This document shows positions 19,417-29,420 of a DNA stretch of 64,000 bases, one piece after another. A model generated the notes under the pieces. The model worked only from the letters and a program-made list of their open reading frames with translations. It was not told the DNA's origin and made no database searches. Position 1 is the first letter of the stretch, and every line of letters starts with the position of its first letter. The DNA is taken from positions 2,334 to 66,333 of the forward strand of contig DATINP010000033.1 in assembly GCA_035474135.1 (NCBI GenBank), in the 5' to 3' direction. Both the position numbers and the translations under genes were made by a program. The DNA comes from Chloroflexia bacterium (GTDB taxonomy: Bacteria > Chloroflexota > Chloroflexia > QHBQ01 > JADMIH01).

Positions 19417-20352
19417 TTGCGCTCACTCGTAACCGGCGCTGCCGGCTTTATCGGCTCCCATCTTTGCGAAACTCTGCTGGCGGCGGGACATGAGGTGGTG
19501 GGCCTCGACGCCTTCATCCCGTACTACCCGCGCGCGATCAAGGAAGCCAACCTGTCGGGCCCACGTGCCAATCCGCATTTCACTTTCTACGAACTTGACT
19601 TGCGAACCGGCGACCTGGCCCCTGCTCTTGAGGGTGTGGACGCCGTGTTCCACCTGGCGGCAATGGGTGGCCTGGTGCTTAGCTGGACGCACTTTGACCT
19701 CTACATGACCTGCAATATTCAGGCAACCGAGCGTCTGCTGGCGGCCATCCGGCAGACCGGGAAGGTGGACAAATTCATCTACGCCAGCACCTCCAGCATC
19801 TACGGCAGCGACGTGACAGGCCCCGAAACCGCCACACCCCACCCGGTGTCGCCTTATGGCATCACGAAGCTAGCGGGCGAGCATCTTGTGCAGGCTTACG
19901 ACCGCCAGTTCGGCGTCCCATCCACCATCCTGCGCTACTTCTCGGTGTACGGCCCGCGCCAGCGTCCCGACATGGGCTACTACATTTTCACGGACGCGAT
20001 CCTGCACGGCAAGCCGATTACAGTGTTCGGCGACGGCAACCAACTGCGCGGCAACACTTACGCCACCGACATAGCCCGCGCCACCCTCCTGGCCCACGAC
20101 AGGTTCGAGCGCGGCGCGATATACAACCTGGGCGGCTCGGAAGAAGTGAGCGCGAACCAGGTGATCGCCCTCCTGCAAGAGATCATCGGCAAGCGCACAG
20201 AGGTGCAATACGCCCCCGCCCGCCCCGGCGAGCAAAGCCGCACGCTGGCCGACACCACACTCGCCCAGCAACGCCTCGGCTTTGTGCCCCAGATGTCCCT
20301 GCGCTCGGGGTTGGAAGAGCAGGTGCGCTGGCAGACGGGTCTTAGCTCTTAG
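19417..20352 (+). CDS. NAD-dependent nucleotide-sugar epimerase/dehydratase
   Basis: TTG start 2 nt after the preceding stop; TGAAGFIGSHL Rossmann motif, YGITKLAGE (YxxxK); upstream part of the ORF-track ORF is the overlap with the previous gene. Confidence 0.8.
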   Translation: MRSLVTGAAGFIGSHLCETLLAAGHEVVGLDAFIPYYPRAIKEANLSGPRANPHFTFYELDLRTGDLAPALEGVDAVFHLAAMGGLVLSWTHFDLYMTCNIQATERLLAAIRQTGKVDKFIYASTSSIYGSDVTGPETATPHPVSPYGITKLAGEHLVQAYDRQFGVPSTILRYFSVYGPRQRPDMGYYIFTDAILHGKPITVFGDGNQLRGNTYATDIARATLLAHDRFERGAIYNLGGSEEVSANQVIALLQEIIGKRTEVQYAPARPGEQSRTLADTTLAQQRLGFVPQMSLRSGLEEQVRWQTGLSS

Positions 20353-21871
20353 ATCTACGACTCAGAATCGACCGGAAGGATGCAAGTTCCCCTGACGTGA
20401 ACGGACGCAGGAGGAGCAGCACCAGGCCGTATGCCAGTGCGAAGCCAATGCCTGCCCCCACGTAGAGCGCGAAGGCGGTGGTGTCTGACTTCCATTGCAC
20501 AAACAGCGACCAGCCCAGCCACATCAACGCGCCCGCAACCAGGCCCGCCACCAACGGCTTCCAGGCCAGCGCCACGACGGGCACAGGCCCGATAAAGCGT
20601 CCCACCCACACCAGGAACGGGCCGAGCAGCACCAGTTCGCTCAGCACCGTGGTCAGCGCGGCGCCGTTGATACCAATCAGCGGGATCAGCACCAGGTTCG
20701 CGATCACGTTGAAGGCGACCGTCAGCGCGAAAGCCCCCGTGATCAATCTCTGCTTGTCGAGCGCGATCAGCACGTACTGCGTGACCCCGTTCACAAAGCT
20801 AAAGGGTAGGAAGAAGATCAATATTTGCAGGGCGACAGGCGAGTCGGGCAGATAGATCTGCTTGCCCCCTGTCACTATCGTGATCAGCAGGGGCGCGAAC
20901 CACACGGTCATCACCACGATCAGCCCGGCAAGCACCAACAGCACCTTCAAAGCAAACCCGTACTCGTAGTTCAGGCGGGAGATATCGTCACGCGCGTGGC
21001 GGGCCATCCGTGGGAAGAGCGCCAGCGTCACTACGGGCGTGATCAGGAGCACAAAGTTGAGGTAGCTGTACGCCGCCTGGTACTTCTCCACGCCCAGGTC
21101 GCCCAGCACAGGCTGGATGATAAACTGGTCCACCCGAAAGAAAAGCCCCACCAACAGAGCGTTCAGCATCAGCGGCCAGCCCGTTTTCAGCAGGGCCACA
21201 GCCGCATCGCGACTTAGCCGCAGGCCTGCGACCGGCGCGCCCACCTCCGGGAAATCGCGCCGCAGGATACGTGCGAAATAGAGCGCGGTCGCAAGCGTGG
21301 ACAGCAACGAGGCCAGCGCCAACCCGATAATGCCCCACCCCAGCGCAAGCGCGCCCAGCCCCAACGCTACGTTCAGTACCGACGTGCCGATGCCCACCAG
21401 CGCGGGCACTGTCATGCGCTCGTAGGCGTTCAGCAAGGACGTAACCGTGCCGGAGAACGCGCCCGGCAGAAGGGACAGCGTGAGCACCACGACAGTCCAC
21501 GCTCCCGCCGTGCCCAGGTCGAACAGGCTAGTGTAAATCAGGATAAACAGACCCACAGGCACGAACAGCAAGAGGCTGATGAACAGACGCAAAGCCAGCG
21601 TCTGCCGGAAATCGTCCCGCACCGCCTCAGCCGACCCGCGCTCCTTGGCTACTTCGCGTGTTAGGAGTGTGCCAAGTCCCCACTCGGAGATCGTGCTTGT
21701 GTAAAGCAGAACGTAACCCGCCAGGAAGTAGGCCCCCAGTTCGCCGCCGCCGAGCGCGCGGTACAGCACCACCGCATACCCCAGCAGCAGCACCTTTGTG
21801 ACGATTTGTGCCATGAACGGGTTGAACGCATTTGACGCTACCCGCCGAGCCACTCCTACTTCGCTCTCCAT
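20342..21871 (-). CDS. polysaccharide biosynthesis protein / Wzx-type flippase (MOP superfamily)
   Basis: about 14 TM helices, length and hydropathy typical of Wzx/MurJ-like exporters; start ATG 21871 (TTG 21874 alternative). Confidence 0.7.
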   Translation of the reverse strand: MESEVGVARRVASNAFNPFMAQIVTKVLLLGYAVVLYRALGGGELGAYFLAGYVLLYTSTISEWGLGTLLTREVAKERGSAEAVRDDFRQTLALRLFISLLLFVPVGLFILIYTSLFDLGTAGAWTVVVLTLSLLPGAFSGTVTSLLNAYERMTVPALVGIGTSVLNVALGLGALALGWGIIGLALASLLSTLATALYFARILRRDFPEVGAPVAGLRLSRDAAVALLKTGWPLMLNALLVGLFFRVDQFIIQPVLGDLGVEKYQAAYSYLNFVLLITPVVTLALFPRMARHARDDISRLNYEYGFALKVLLVLAGLIVVMTVWFAPLLITIVTGGKQIYLPDSPVALQILIFFLPFSFVNGVTQYVLIALDKQRLITGAFALTVAFNVIANLVLIPLIGINGAALTTVLSELVLLGPFLVWVGRFIGPVPVVALAWKPLVAGLVAGALMWLGWSLFVQWKSDTTAFALYVGAGIGFALAYGLVLLLLRPFTSGELASFRSILSRRSKS

Positions 21872-21887
21872 CAAAACCTCTTTGTTT

Positions 21888-22009
21888 GGACCAGTGACCG
21901 GTGACCAGTGACCAGTGGCAGGTGACCGGTGACCAGTGCGTCATGCGTCATGCGTCATACGTCATACGTCATGCGTGACTTACGATCTAAGATCTACGAT
22001 CTAAGACTC
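21888..22009. repeat. intercistronic tandem-oligomer element B: (GTGACCA/GTGACCG)x7, (CGTCATG/CGTCATA)x5, (GATCTAA/GATCTAC)x4
   Basis: read directly; lies between the hypothetical-gene stop (22021) and the flippase start (21871). Confidence 0.85.
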
Positions 22010-22020
22010 TCGCCTTCGTC

Positions 22021-22536
22021 TTACCTGCCCAGCATTTGCAGCCCGATAATTAGCAGCACTGTCAGCATCATCAGCAGAATCGCGCCCATACCAGCGCAGC
22101 CCATAATAATTATGCTGTGCTGGGCTTTCTTTGCCCGCTGCGCACGCTCTTCGTCGAACACCACCTGCCCGGTCACTATGCCGTTATAGCGGTCGCCCAG
22201 CCCCCGCGCCTCCATGAGAGTCCGCATCGTGCCGAGATGCGCTTGCTCGTACTCGGCAAGGTCCTTCTTGGTACGCACGGGCGCGTTCCTGTTCGGCGTG
22301 TAGTTGGGCATCTCCTTCCACAGGTCGTACGCATCGGCGCCCAGGCTCTCTCCCTTGCCCGACAGCACGTCTTTGTACCGCTCCTGCCGGGCGGGGTCGC
22401 GACTGGTCAGCAGGAACATCACCGTTGCATCCCACTGCTCGCGCGAAGGCGGCCCCGCGCGCTTGTCGAGCGCAAAGGCGGCCCACTTGCTGTACAGTTT
22501 ATCGAATGGATCGCTGGTTTGTTCGTTGTCTGCCAT
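22021..22536 (-). CDS. hypothetical protein with C-terminal transmembrane anchor
   Basis: 171 aa, soluble N-terminal part and one C-terminal TM helix (IIIMGCAGMGAILLMMLTVLLIIGL); embedded in the glycan locus. Confidence 0.4.
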   Translation of the reverse strand: MADNEQTSDPFDKLYSKWAAFALDKRAGPPSREQWDATVMFLLTSRDPARQERYKDVLSGKGESLGADAYDLWKEMPNYTPNRNAPVRTKKDLAEYEQAHLGTMRTLMEARGLGDRYNGIVTGQVVFDEERAQRAKKAQHSIIIMGCAGMGAILLMMLTVLLIIGLQMLGR

Positions 22537-22612
22537 AGTGTCCTATTAACTTAATGACCTGAGTACGCCGAAAATGGACAGCTTTTCCATAGCCCATTCG
22601 GGCACATTTTCC

Positions 22613-22665
22613 GGACGACGCTTGACTTACGATCTAAGATCTACGACTCGTTTTACGACCGACGA
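22613..22665. repeat. intercistronic tandem-oligomer element C: GACGACG, (GATCTAA/GATCTAC)x3, CGACTCG/CGACCGA
   Basis: same 7-mer families as element B; overlaps the last codons of the GT4 gene (tail RKTSRRS). Confidence 0.7.
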
Positions 22666-23851
22666 ATCTCTCGTACACTTGCAGCACCTGTTCCGCAGCT
22701 GTCTCCCATGTAAACCGAGCGGCTCTTGCCCGACCCGCATCGCTCAGGGCGCGCCGCAGGTCTGCATCACCAAGCAAGCGTGAAATGCCGCCCGCGATAC
22801 TCTCTACCGAGCGCGCATCCACCACGAGAGCCGCTTCCCCCACTACCTCAGCCAGCGCATCATCCTCGGACACGAGTACGGGCGTGCCGCACGACATCGC
22901 CTCGGCGACCGGCAGGCCGAAGCCTTCGTAGAGGCTGGGGTAAGCGAACACCTCGGCCATCCTGTAAAGCAACGGCAGGTCGCGTTCGTCCACGTAGTCC
23001 ACGAACACCACGCGCGCTCCTGTGCTCGCACTCTCGCTGTTCACCCGCGTACCCGCCGCCAGTATAGGCTCGTACAACCAGCCCTTGCGTCCTGCCAGCA
23101 CCAGCGCGACTTTCTCATCGCCCGTCATGGCGCTGACAGCCTGCGCGTAGCCCTCAATCAGCCGAACCAGGTTCTTGCGCGGCTCAAGAGTACCGACATG
23201 CAGCACAAACCTCTCAGGCAGACCGAGTTCCTGCCGCAAGCGAGCACTTTGCGCTTGCTCGTCCACAATCTCTCCGCGCCCCGCTGCCCTGAACCGCTCG
23301 TCTACTCCATTATGCACTACGGTTACTTTCTCCGGGGCGACGCCCATCAAGCGCACAAGGTCACGCTTCGTCTGCTCTGACACGGCGATGATCCCGTCTG
23401 CCCGGCGTACTGCCCCGGGCACAGTCTTGCTCAGGAACCCTGCAAGGCCCGGCTCGGCGCACTCCGGTACGACCAGAAACGACAGGTCATGCACAGTAAT
23501 TATATCGGCACCGGTACGGTGAGGCGGCGACACGAAATCAGGCGAATGGAGCAGATCGCAGCGACCGGTGAACAGGTCTACAGGGATAGGCAGCCGCAGC
23601 CGTTGCCACACCGCAAACATCTGGCGTACCGAAAGCGGCACAGCCACTCCCCTGAAGTTGGGGTGCGCCTTCATAAGTGCCCGCGCTTGCTGCTCCTCAG
23701 GCGTGCCGCGCGGCAGACCTCTGTTCGCGTAAAAGAGAGAGTAGCGATTGTCAGCGTCGAGCCGCGCCAGCGCCGCCACCAGTGACCGCGTATAGCGGGC
23801 CACCCCCGCGCCGGGATATATGCCGGTTGTATAGTCCAGAGCAATATGCAT
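22634..23851 (-). CDS. glycosyltransferase family 4 (GT-B fold, group 1)
   Basis: EGFGLPVAEAMSCGTPVLVSE EX7E motif and GT4 architecture; 405 aa. Confidence 0.85.
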   Translation of the reverse strand: MHIALDYTTGIYPGAGVARYTRSLVAALARLDADNRYSLFYANRGLPRGTPEEQQARALMKAHPNFRGVAVPLSVRQMFAVWQRLRLPIPVDLFTGRCDLLHSPDFVSPPHRTGADIITVHDLSFLVVPECAEPGLAGFLSKTVPGAVRRADGIIAVSEQTKRDLVRLMGVAPEKVTVVHNGVDERFRAAGRGEIVDEQAQSARLRQELGLPERFVLHVGTLEPRKNLVRLIEGYAQAVSAMTGDEKVALVLAGRKGWLYEPILAAGTRVNSESASTGARVVFVDYVDERDLPLLYRMAEVFAYPSLYEGFGLPVAEAMSCGTPVLVSEDDALAEVVGEAALVVDARSVESIAGGISRLLGDADLRRALSDAGRARAARFTWETAAEQVLQVYERFVGRKTSRRS

Positions 23852-23854
23852 GGT

Positions 23855-23923
23855 GAACGACGACGGACGGCGGACGGCGGACGACGTACCACTCAGTCGT
23901 CTGTCGTCTGTCGTCCGTCGTCC
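23855..23923. repeat. intercistronic tandem-oligomer element D: (GACGACG/GACGGCG)x4 then (CAGTCGT/CTGTCGT/CCGTCGT)x5, an imperfect hairpin
   Basis: read directly; lies between the UPF0104-gene stop (23931) and the GT4 start (23851). Confidence 0.8.
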
Positions 23924-23930
23924 TTTCTCA

Positions 23931-25256
23931 CTACTTCCGTCTGCTTAACAGATACAGGATGATGCCGCCCGCGATCAGACTCCAATAGTTGATCAGCCTG
24001 TCGAGCAGAGCTATGGACACGGCCAGATTGTGGTTGTCAACGAACAGGGTCATCGCCAACACCACCGCACCTTCGACCAACCCCGCGCCACCCGGAGTGA
24101 GGGGCAGGGTCGTGAGCAAAGAACTTAGCAGGGCGATGAAGATCACAGCTGAGATGGTCACCTCGTGCGCGTCAAGCGAACGCGTCACGAAAAAGAGCCT
24201 GCCCGCCTCGCACAGCCAGATCAGAATAGTATATCCCAGCAACACGGGCAGGCTGCGGCGCTTGAAAGAGCGCAAAATGCCCTGCTGGAACGACGCGAAC
24301 TTGCTCTTGAACCGACTGGGTACAAACCTGAGCATCAGGTCACCGAAGAAACGCAGGCCCACCAATCCCACTATGAGGGCAATCACCATGAGCGCGCCCA
24401 CTATCATCACCAGCCCCAGGTTGAAATCGCTGCTATTGGCGTCGCTCGCCAGGCGGTTACTCACCAGTGTGAATGAAGCGGCCAGCAGGCCAAACAACAC
24501 CAACAGGTCGATCACCCTCTCGGCGAGGATCGTTCCTATAGTGCTGGAGAAAGACACACCCGAGTTGCGCTTGAGCAGGTAGCTTCGGTATGCATCGCCC
24601 AGTTTGGCGGGTACGATGCAGTTGACGAACCACGACAGATAGATGATCTCCACTAACCCGTTCACATTGGGTAGATGGACGTCGGGCTCTTTGTCCAGGC
24701 CCACATTCTGTATCAACTGCTTCCAGCGCAGGCCGCGCAACCAGAAAGCCGAGTAGTAAATTACGAAGCCCAGCAGAAGCATGAGCGGGTTCGCGGTGAG
24801 CATGGTCGCCCACGTATCGGCGGGGTTGATATCGAGGCGAGTGAAAATGAAGATCAGTATGCCGAGAGCAAGCACAAAGGAGATAATAGTGCGGAAGTTG
24901 AGCAGCTTGTGGCTCAACCAGTTGCGGTCTTCGGCTATATCTTCTACGGGCCTCGACAGGACAGGCGCCTCGGCCTCCATGGCAGCCTTTTCAGCTTCGG
25001 AAATAGGCGTTTCGCCGGTGTCAACATCGATCTCGGGCAGATCGATCAGGTCGTGCAGGCGGGGGGATGTGGTCGTGTAAGCTTTATCACCATCTTGGGG
25101 TTCCGACGAGCGAAACCTGGCATTTTGCAGCGACTCTTCAGCACCTGGCTCACCCTCTACATCCTGCTGGGTGCTGTCTGACTTTTGGTATCCATCACCG
25201 GTTGTGTGTGTACCGGCGCGCAACCTGGGATCCTCTATGACGGGCCTCCACTCCAA
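23931..25256 (-). CDS. flippase-like (lysyl-phosphatidylglycerol-synthase TM-region / UPF0104 family) membrane protein with disordered N-terminus
   Basis: about 100-aa acidic low-complexity N-terminus then 8 TM helices with the conserved K...GD...R block (AKLGDAYRSYLLKRN) of this family. Confidence 0.5.
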   Translation of the reverse strand: MEWRPVIEDPRLRAGTHTTGDGYQKSDSTQQDVEGEPGAEESLQNARFRSSEPQDGDKAYTTTSPRLHDLIDLPEIDVDTGETPISEAEKAAMEAEAPVLSRPVEDIAEDRNWLSHKLLNFRTIISFVLALGILIFIFTRLDINPADTWATMLTANPLMLLLGFVIYYSAFWLRGLRWKQLIQNVGLDKEPDVHLPNVNGLVEIIYLSWFVNCIVPAKLGDAYRSYLLKRNSGVSFSSTIGTILAERVIDLLVLFGLLAASFTLVSNRLASDANSSDFNLGLVMIVGALMVIALIVGLVGLRFFGDLMLRFVPSRFKSKFASFQQGILRSFKRRSLPVLLGYTILIWLCEAGRLFFVTRSLDAHEVTISAVIFIALLSSLLTTLPLTPGGAGLVEGAVVLAMTLFVDNHNLAVSIALLDRLINYWSLIAGGIILYLLSRRK

Positions 25257-25370
25257 AAAAAGCGCGGCACACGTTGGGCCGCTCGCTCATTCTCACTATT
25301 TTAGCATAAACAGTCGCATTCTGCCCCTATGCTCGATAAGTGATGCATAACTTTTCCACAAGATGTATAA

Positions 25371-27011
<1,641 letters not shown>

Positions 27012-27058
27012 CGACTAAGGGGAGTGGATCTGCACGATAGCATAACCACTCCCTTCTT

Positions 27059-27301
27059 TCAGCGCCTGCGGACCACACGCGTGCCCTTCGCGCTCTCGTC
27101 GCTGTCAATCACGGCGCGGCTTCTGTCGTGAATAGTGTCGGTCGAATCACGTACTTCTTCGCCCGTGCGCTCTCGCCAACGCTCTGTTTCATCGCTCGCG
27201 TTCTGCATATCACCGCTCATGTCTCTCTGTCTGCGGTTTCGAGCACGACCTACATCTTTGCTGTCTTTTGTGTTACCTTCGTTCTGAACTTGTTCGCTCA
27301 T
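27059..27301 (-). CDS. small highly charged hypothetical protein
   Basis: 80-aa ORF rich in R/D/E/S with no hydrophobic segment; coding status uncertain. Confidence 0.3.
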   Translation of the reverse strand: MSEQVQNEGNTKDSKDVGRARNRRQRDMSGDMQNASDETERWRERTGEEVRDSTDTIHDRSRAVIDSDESAKGTRVVRRR

Positions 27302-27472
27302 GGGGCGTACCTCTCTTATGTAAACTGGTATTTGGCGTGGGTTGTGTGATCAACGAACCGCCTGCTGTATACTGAAAAAGCACGTTACATGCCAGTAGCC
27401 GGGCTGTCCTACTACACATCGCCGCTGGCACAGGACTTGCACATATCCAACCTGCAGGCGCTCCTCTAATAT

Positions 27473-28552
27473 TTGCCCTCTCAGCACACTATGTCTATCA
27501 ACGAGCCCGACCTACAACCAACAGATAACGATCCTTCGTCCGCACCCGCATCTGACCTGGAACCTGATGTGGATAGCGATAACGAGATCGCGCTTACCGC
27601 CGACCTTCATTCCACGCCTGTAGTTGAAGAAGATACCCACTCAGCACCTATAGATTATCCCGCAACCCCCGTCCCGCTTACAGCAGAAGAAGTTCTGCTC
27701 GCTGAAGAGAAAGCAGCGCAGGCTGAACAACCGGCCACACCGGCTCCCCCGGTGGCACAGGCAGCACAGGCTGCGCAAACGGTCGTGGGCAGCGCAAAAC
27801 AGGCTGCCCAGCAGGTTACCGCTGCCGTTCAGCAAAGCGCTCAAAAGATCACCGTACCCCCTCGACAGGCGATCTATCGAGGTAAACGGTTCCTGGCGAT
27901 TTACGGGGGATTGTCCGGCGCCGCGGCTATTGTGGCCCTGCTGGCACGTAAGCACCGTTACTTCGTGGGCGATATAGGCATCGCCCACATCATCCAGAAC
28001 CCCAAATCACGCCTGTACAATGCCCTCATGCACGCCGTAAGCGAGCTCGGCTGGCGATGGATAAGCGTGGGCACGAGGGCATCAGTCACCACGCTTATGT
28101 GGGCGGCGGGATTTCGCATGGAGAGCGCGTTCACCCTCTCGACCTGGTCGGGCGATGTACTTACGGGCCTGATCAAGTCGCGCGTACTACGCCCACGGCC
28201 CACCAGGGACCTTGTGCGCGTGGTGAGCCAGTTGGGCGAGGCCAGTTTCCCCTCGGGGCATGTCGTACACTACGTGACCTTCTACGGCTTCCTGTTCTAC
28301 CTGGTCTTTACCCACCTGAAGAAGCGATGGTTCCGCACGGCTCTGCTCACACTTATGGCGGGCTTGATTCTGCTGGTAGGGCCTTCGCGTGTTTATATGG
28401 GGCACCACTGGCCCTCAGATGTGGGCGGGGCCTATCTGGTGGGCACACTCTGGCTTGGCCTTATCATAATCGCCTACATCGAGACCAAGGCCAACTACAC
28501 GCTCAATTCCCAGCCGCCATTCTTCATTAAGCGAAACGCTCAGCTTTCGTAA
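27473..28552 (+). CDS. PAP2-superfamily membrane phosphatase with long disordered N-terminus
   Basis: PAP2 motifs KSRVLRPRP, PSGH, SRVYMGHHWPSD; about 150-aa Ala/Gln/Pro-rich N-terminal region. Confidence 0.75.
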   Translation: MPSQHTMSINEPDLQPTDNDPSSAPASDLEPDVDSDNEIALTADLHSTPVVEEDTHSAPIDYPATPVPLTAEEVLLAEEKAAQAEQPATPAPPVAQAAQAAQTVVGSAKQAAQQVTAAVQQSAQKITVPPRQAIYRGKRFLAIYGGLSGAAAIVALLARKHRYFVGDIGIAHIIQNPKSRLYNALMHAVSELGWRWISVGTRASVTTLMWAAGFRMESAFTLSTWSGDVLTGLIKSRVLRPRPTRDLVRVVSQLGEASFPSGHVVHYVTFYGFLFYLVFTHLKKRWFRTALLTLMAGLILLVGPSRVYMGHHWPSDVGGAYLVGTLWLGLIIIAYIETKANYTLNSQPPFFIKRNAQLS

Positions 28553-28588
28553 ATACCGGCTATTCGATTCCCAGCCGGCAACGAAAAG

Positions 28589-28621
28589 GATCGCCCGTCG
28601 GTTTTTGACCCTCGGGCGATC
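28589..28621. terminator. bidirectional stem-loop between convergent genes
   Basis: GATCGCCCG / CGGGCGATC 9-bp stem with a T5-containing loop. Confidence 0.5.
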
Positions 28622-28656
28622 CCTCTAAAATCCCTGGTGTGCCTTGCGGCCAGAAA

Positions 28657-29217
28657 CTACAGGTCGGCAGAACCTATTGCATCGTCAGCATCGTCCGCGA
28701 GATCATCAGCTGCGTTCGCCAGGTTACCGGCCGCGTCGTCTGCGGCGCCCGCCAGATCGTCCACAGCGCCACTGGCTCTGTTCGACAGATCATCTAAGGC
28801 ACCTCCCACGTTATCGGCTGCATCATCTGCTGCGCCACGTGCTCTATCGAGAGTGTCGTCGGCCGCCCGGCCCAGATCGCCTGCCGCGCCTCCGATGTTG
28901 TCGGCAGCGTCATCGACGGCACCGCGCGCATTATCAAGGGCGTCGTTGGCCGTCCTGTCGAGATTGTCGGCGGCATCGCTTGCCATACCCCCCACGTTGT
29001 CTGCGGCATCCTGAGCAGCATTCGCAACGTTATCGGCAGCGTCGGTGGCGGTATCTTGCGCGCCCCCGAAGGCACCGCTAATACCTTCGCCTATCTTGTG
29101 GAAGAAATCCCCGATCTTGTCACCGAGGCTCTCGCCCGCATCCGAAACTGTATTCGCTGCGTCGTCGACTGCCTGTCCGGCGTTGTCCAAAGCGTCATCA
29201 TAGTTATTATCGTCCAT
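28657..29217 (-). CDS. acidic Asp/Ala-rich repeat protein with 11-residue periodicity (function unknown)
   Basis: start at ATG 29217 with AGGGGAA RBS; about 13 consecutive 11-mers of the type DAADNVxxxAx; 33-nt periodicity visible in the DNA. Confidence 0.5.
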   Translation of the reverse strand: MDDNNYDDALDNAGQAVDDAANTVSDAGESLGDKIGDFFHKIGEGISGAFGGAQDTATDAADNVANAAQDAADNVGGMASDAADNLDRTANDALDNARGAVDDAADNIGGAAGDLGRAADDTLDRARGAADDAADNVGGALDDLSNRASGAVDDLAGAADDAAGNLANAADDLADDADDAIGSADL

Positions 29218-29420
29218 GAGTGTTCCCCTTTTCACGATTTGTGTGAGGTCAAATGGCCATTGCGCGTGGCACTGAAAATTCACTAAGGCAAGCCGCTATC
29301 ATCAGGCTCATTGTACCTATTTCCCTATTGGGCGACAACTCACCCTTACCAAAGTACCGCACGCTTCCGCATGCTTATCCCTTATACTAGTGTCAGCAAA
29401 CCTCGGGAGATATATCGTAA

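Noticed and set aside
21627-21944. ORF encoding MTHWSPVTCHWSLVTGHWS...
   Set aside because: This is simply the translation of the GTGACCA/CGTCATG tandem heptamers of element B and the antisense of the flippase start; it is not a gene.
16757-22009. Possibility that the tandem short repeats are CRISPR arrays
   Set aside because: The units are only 7-10 bp, directly abutting with no spacers, and there are no cas genes; so they are not CRISPR.
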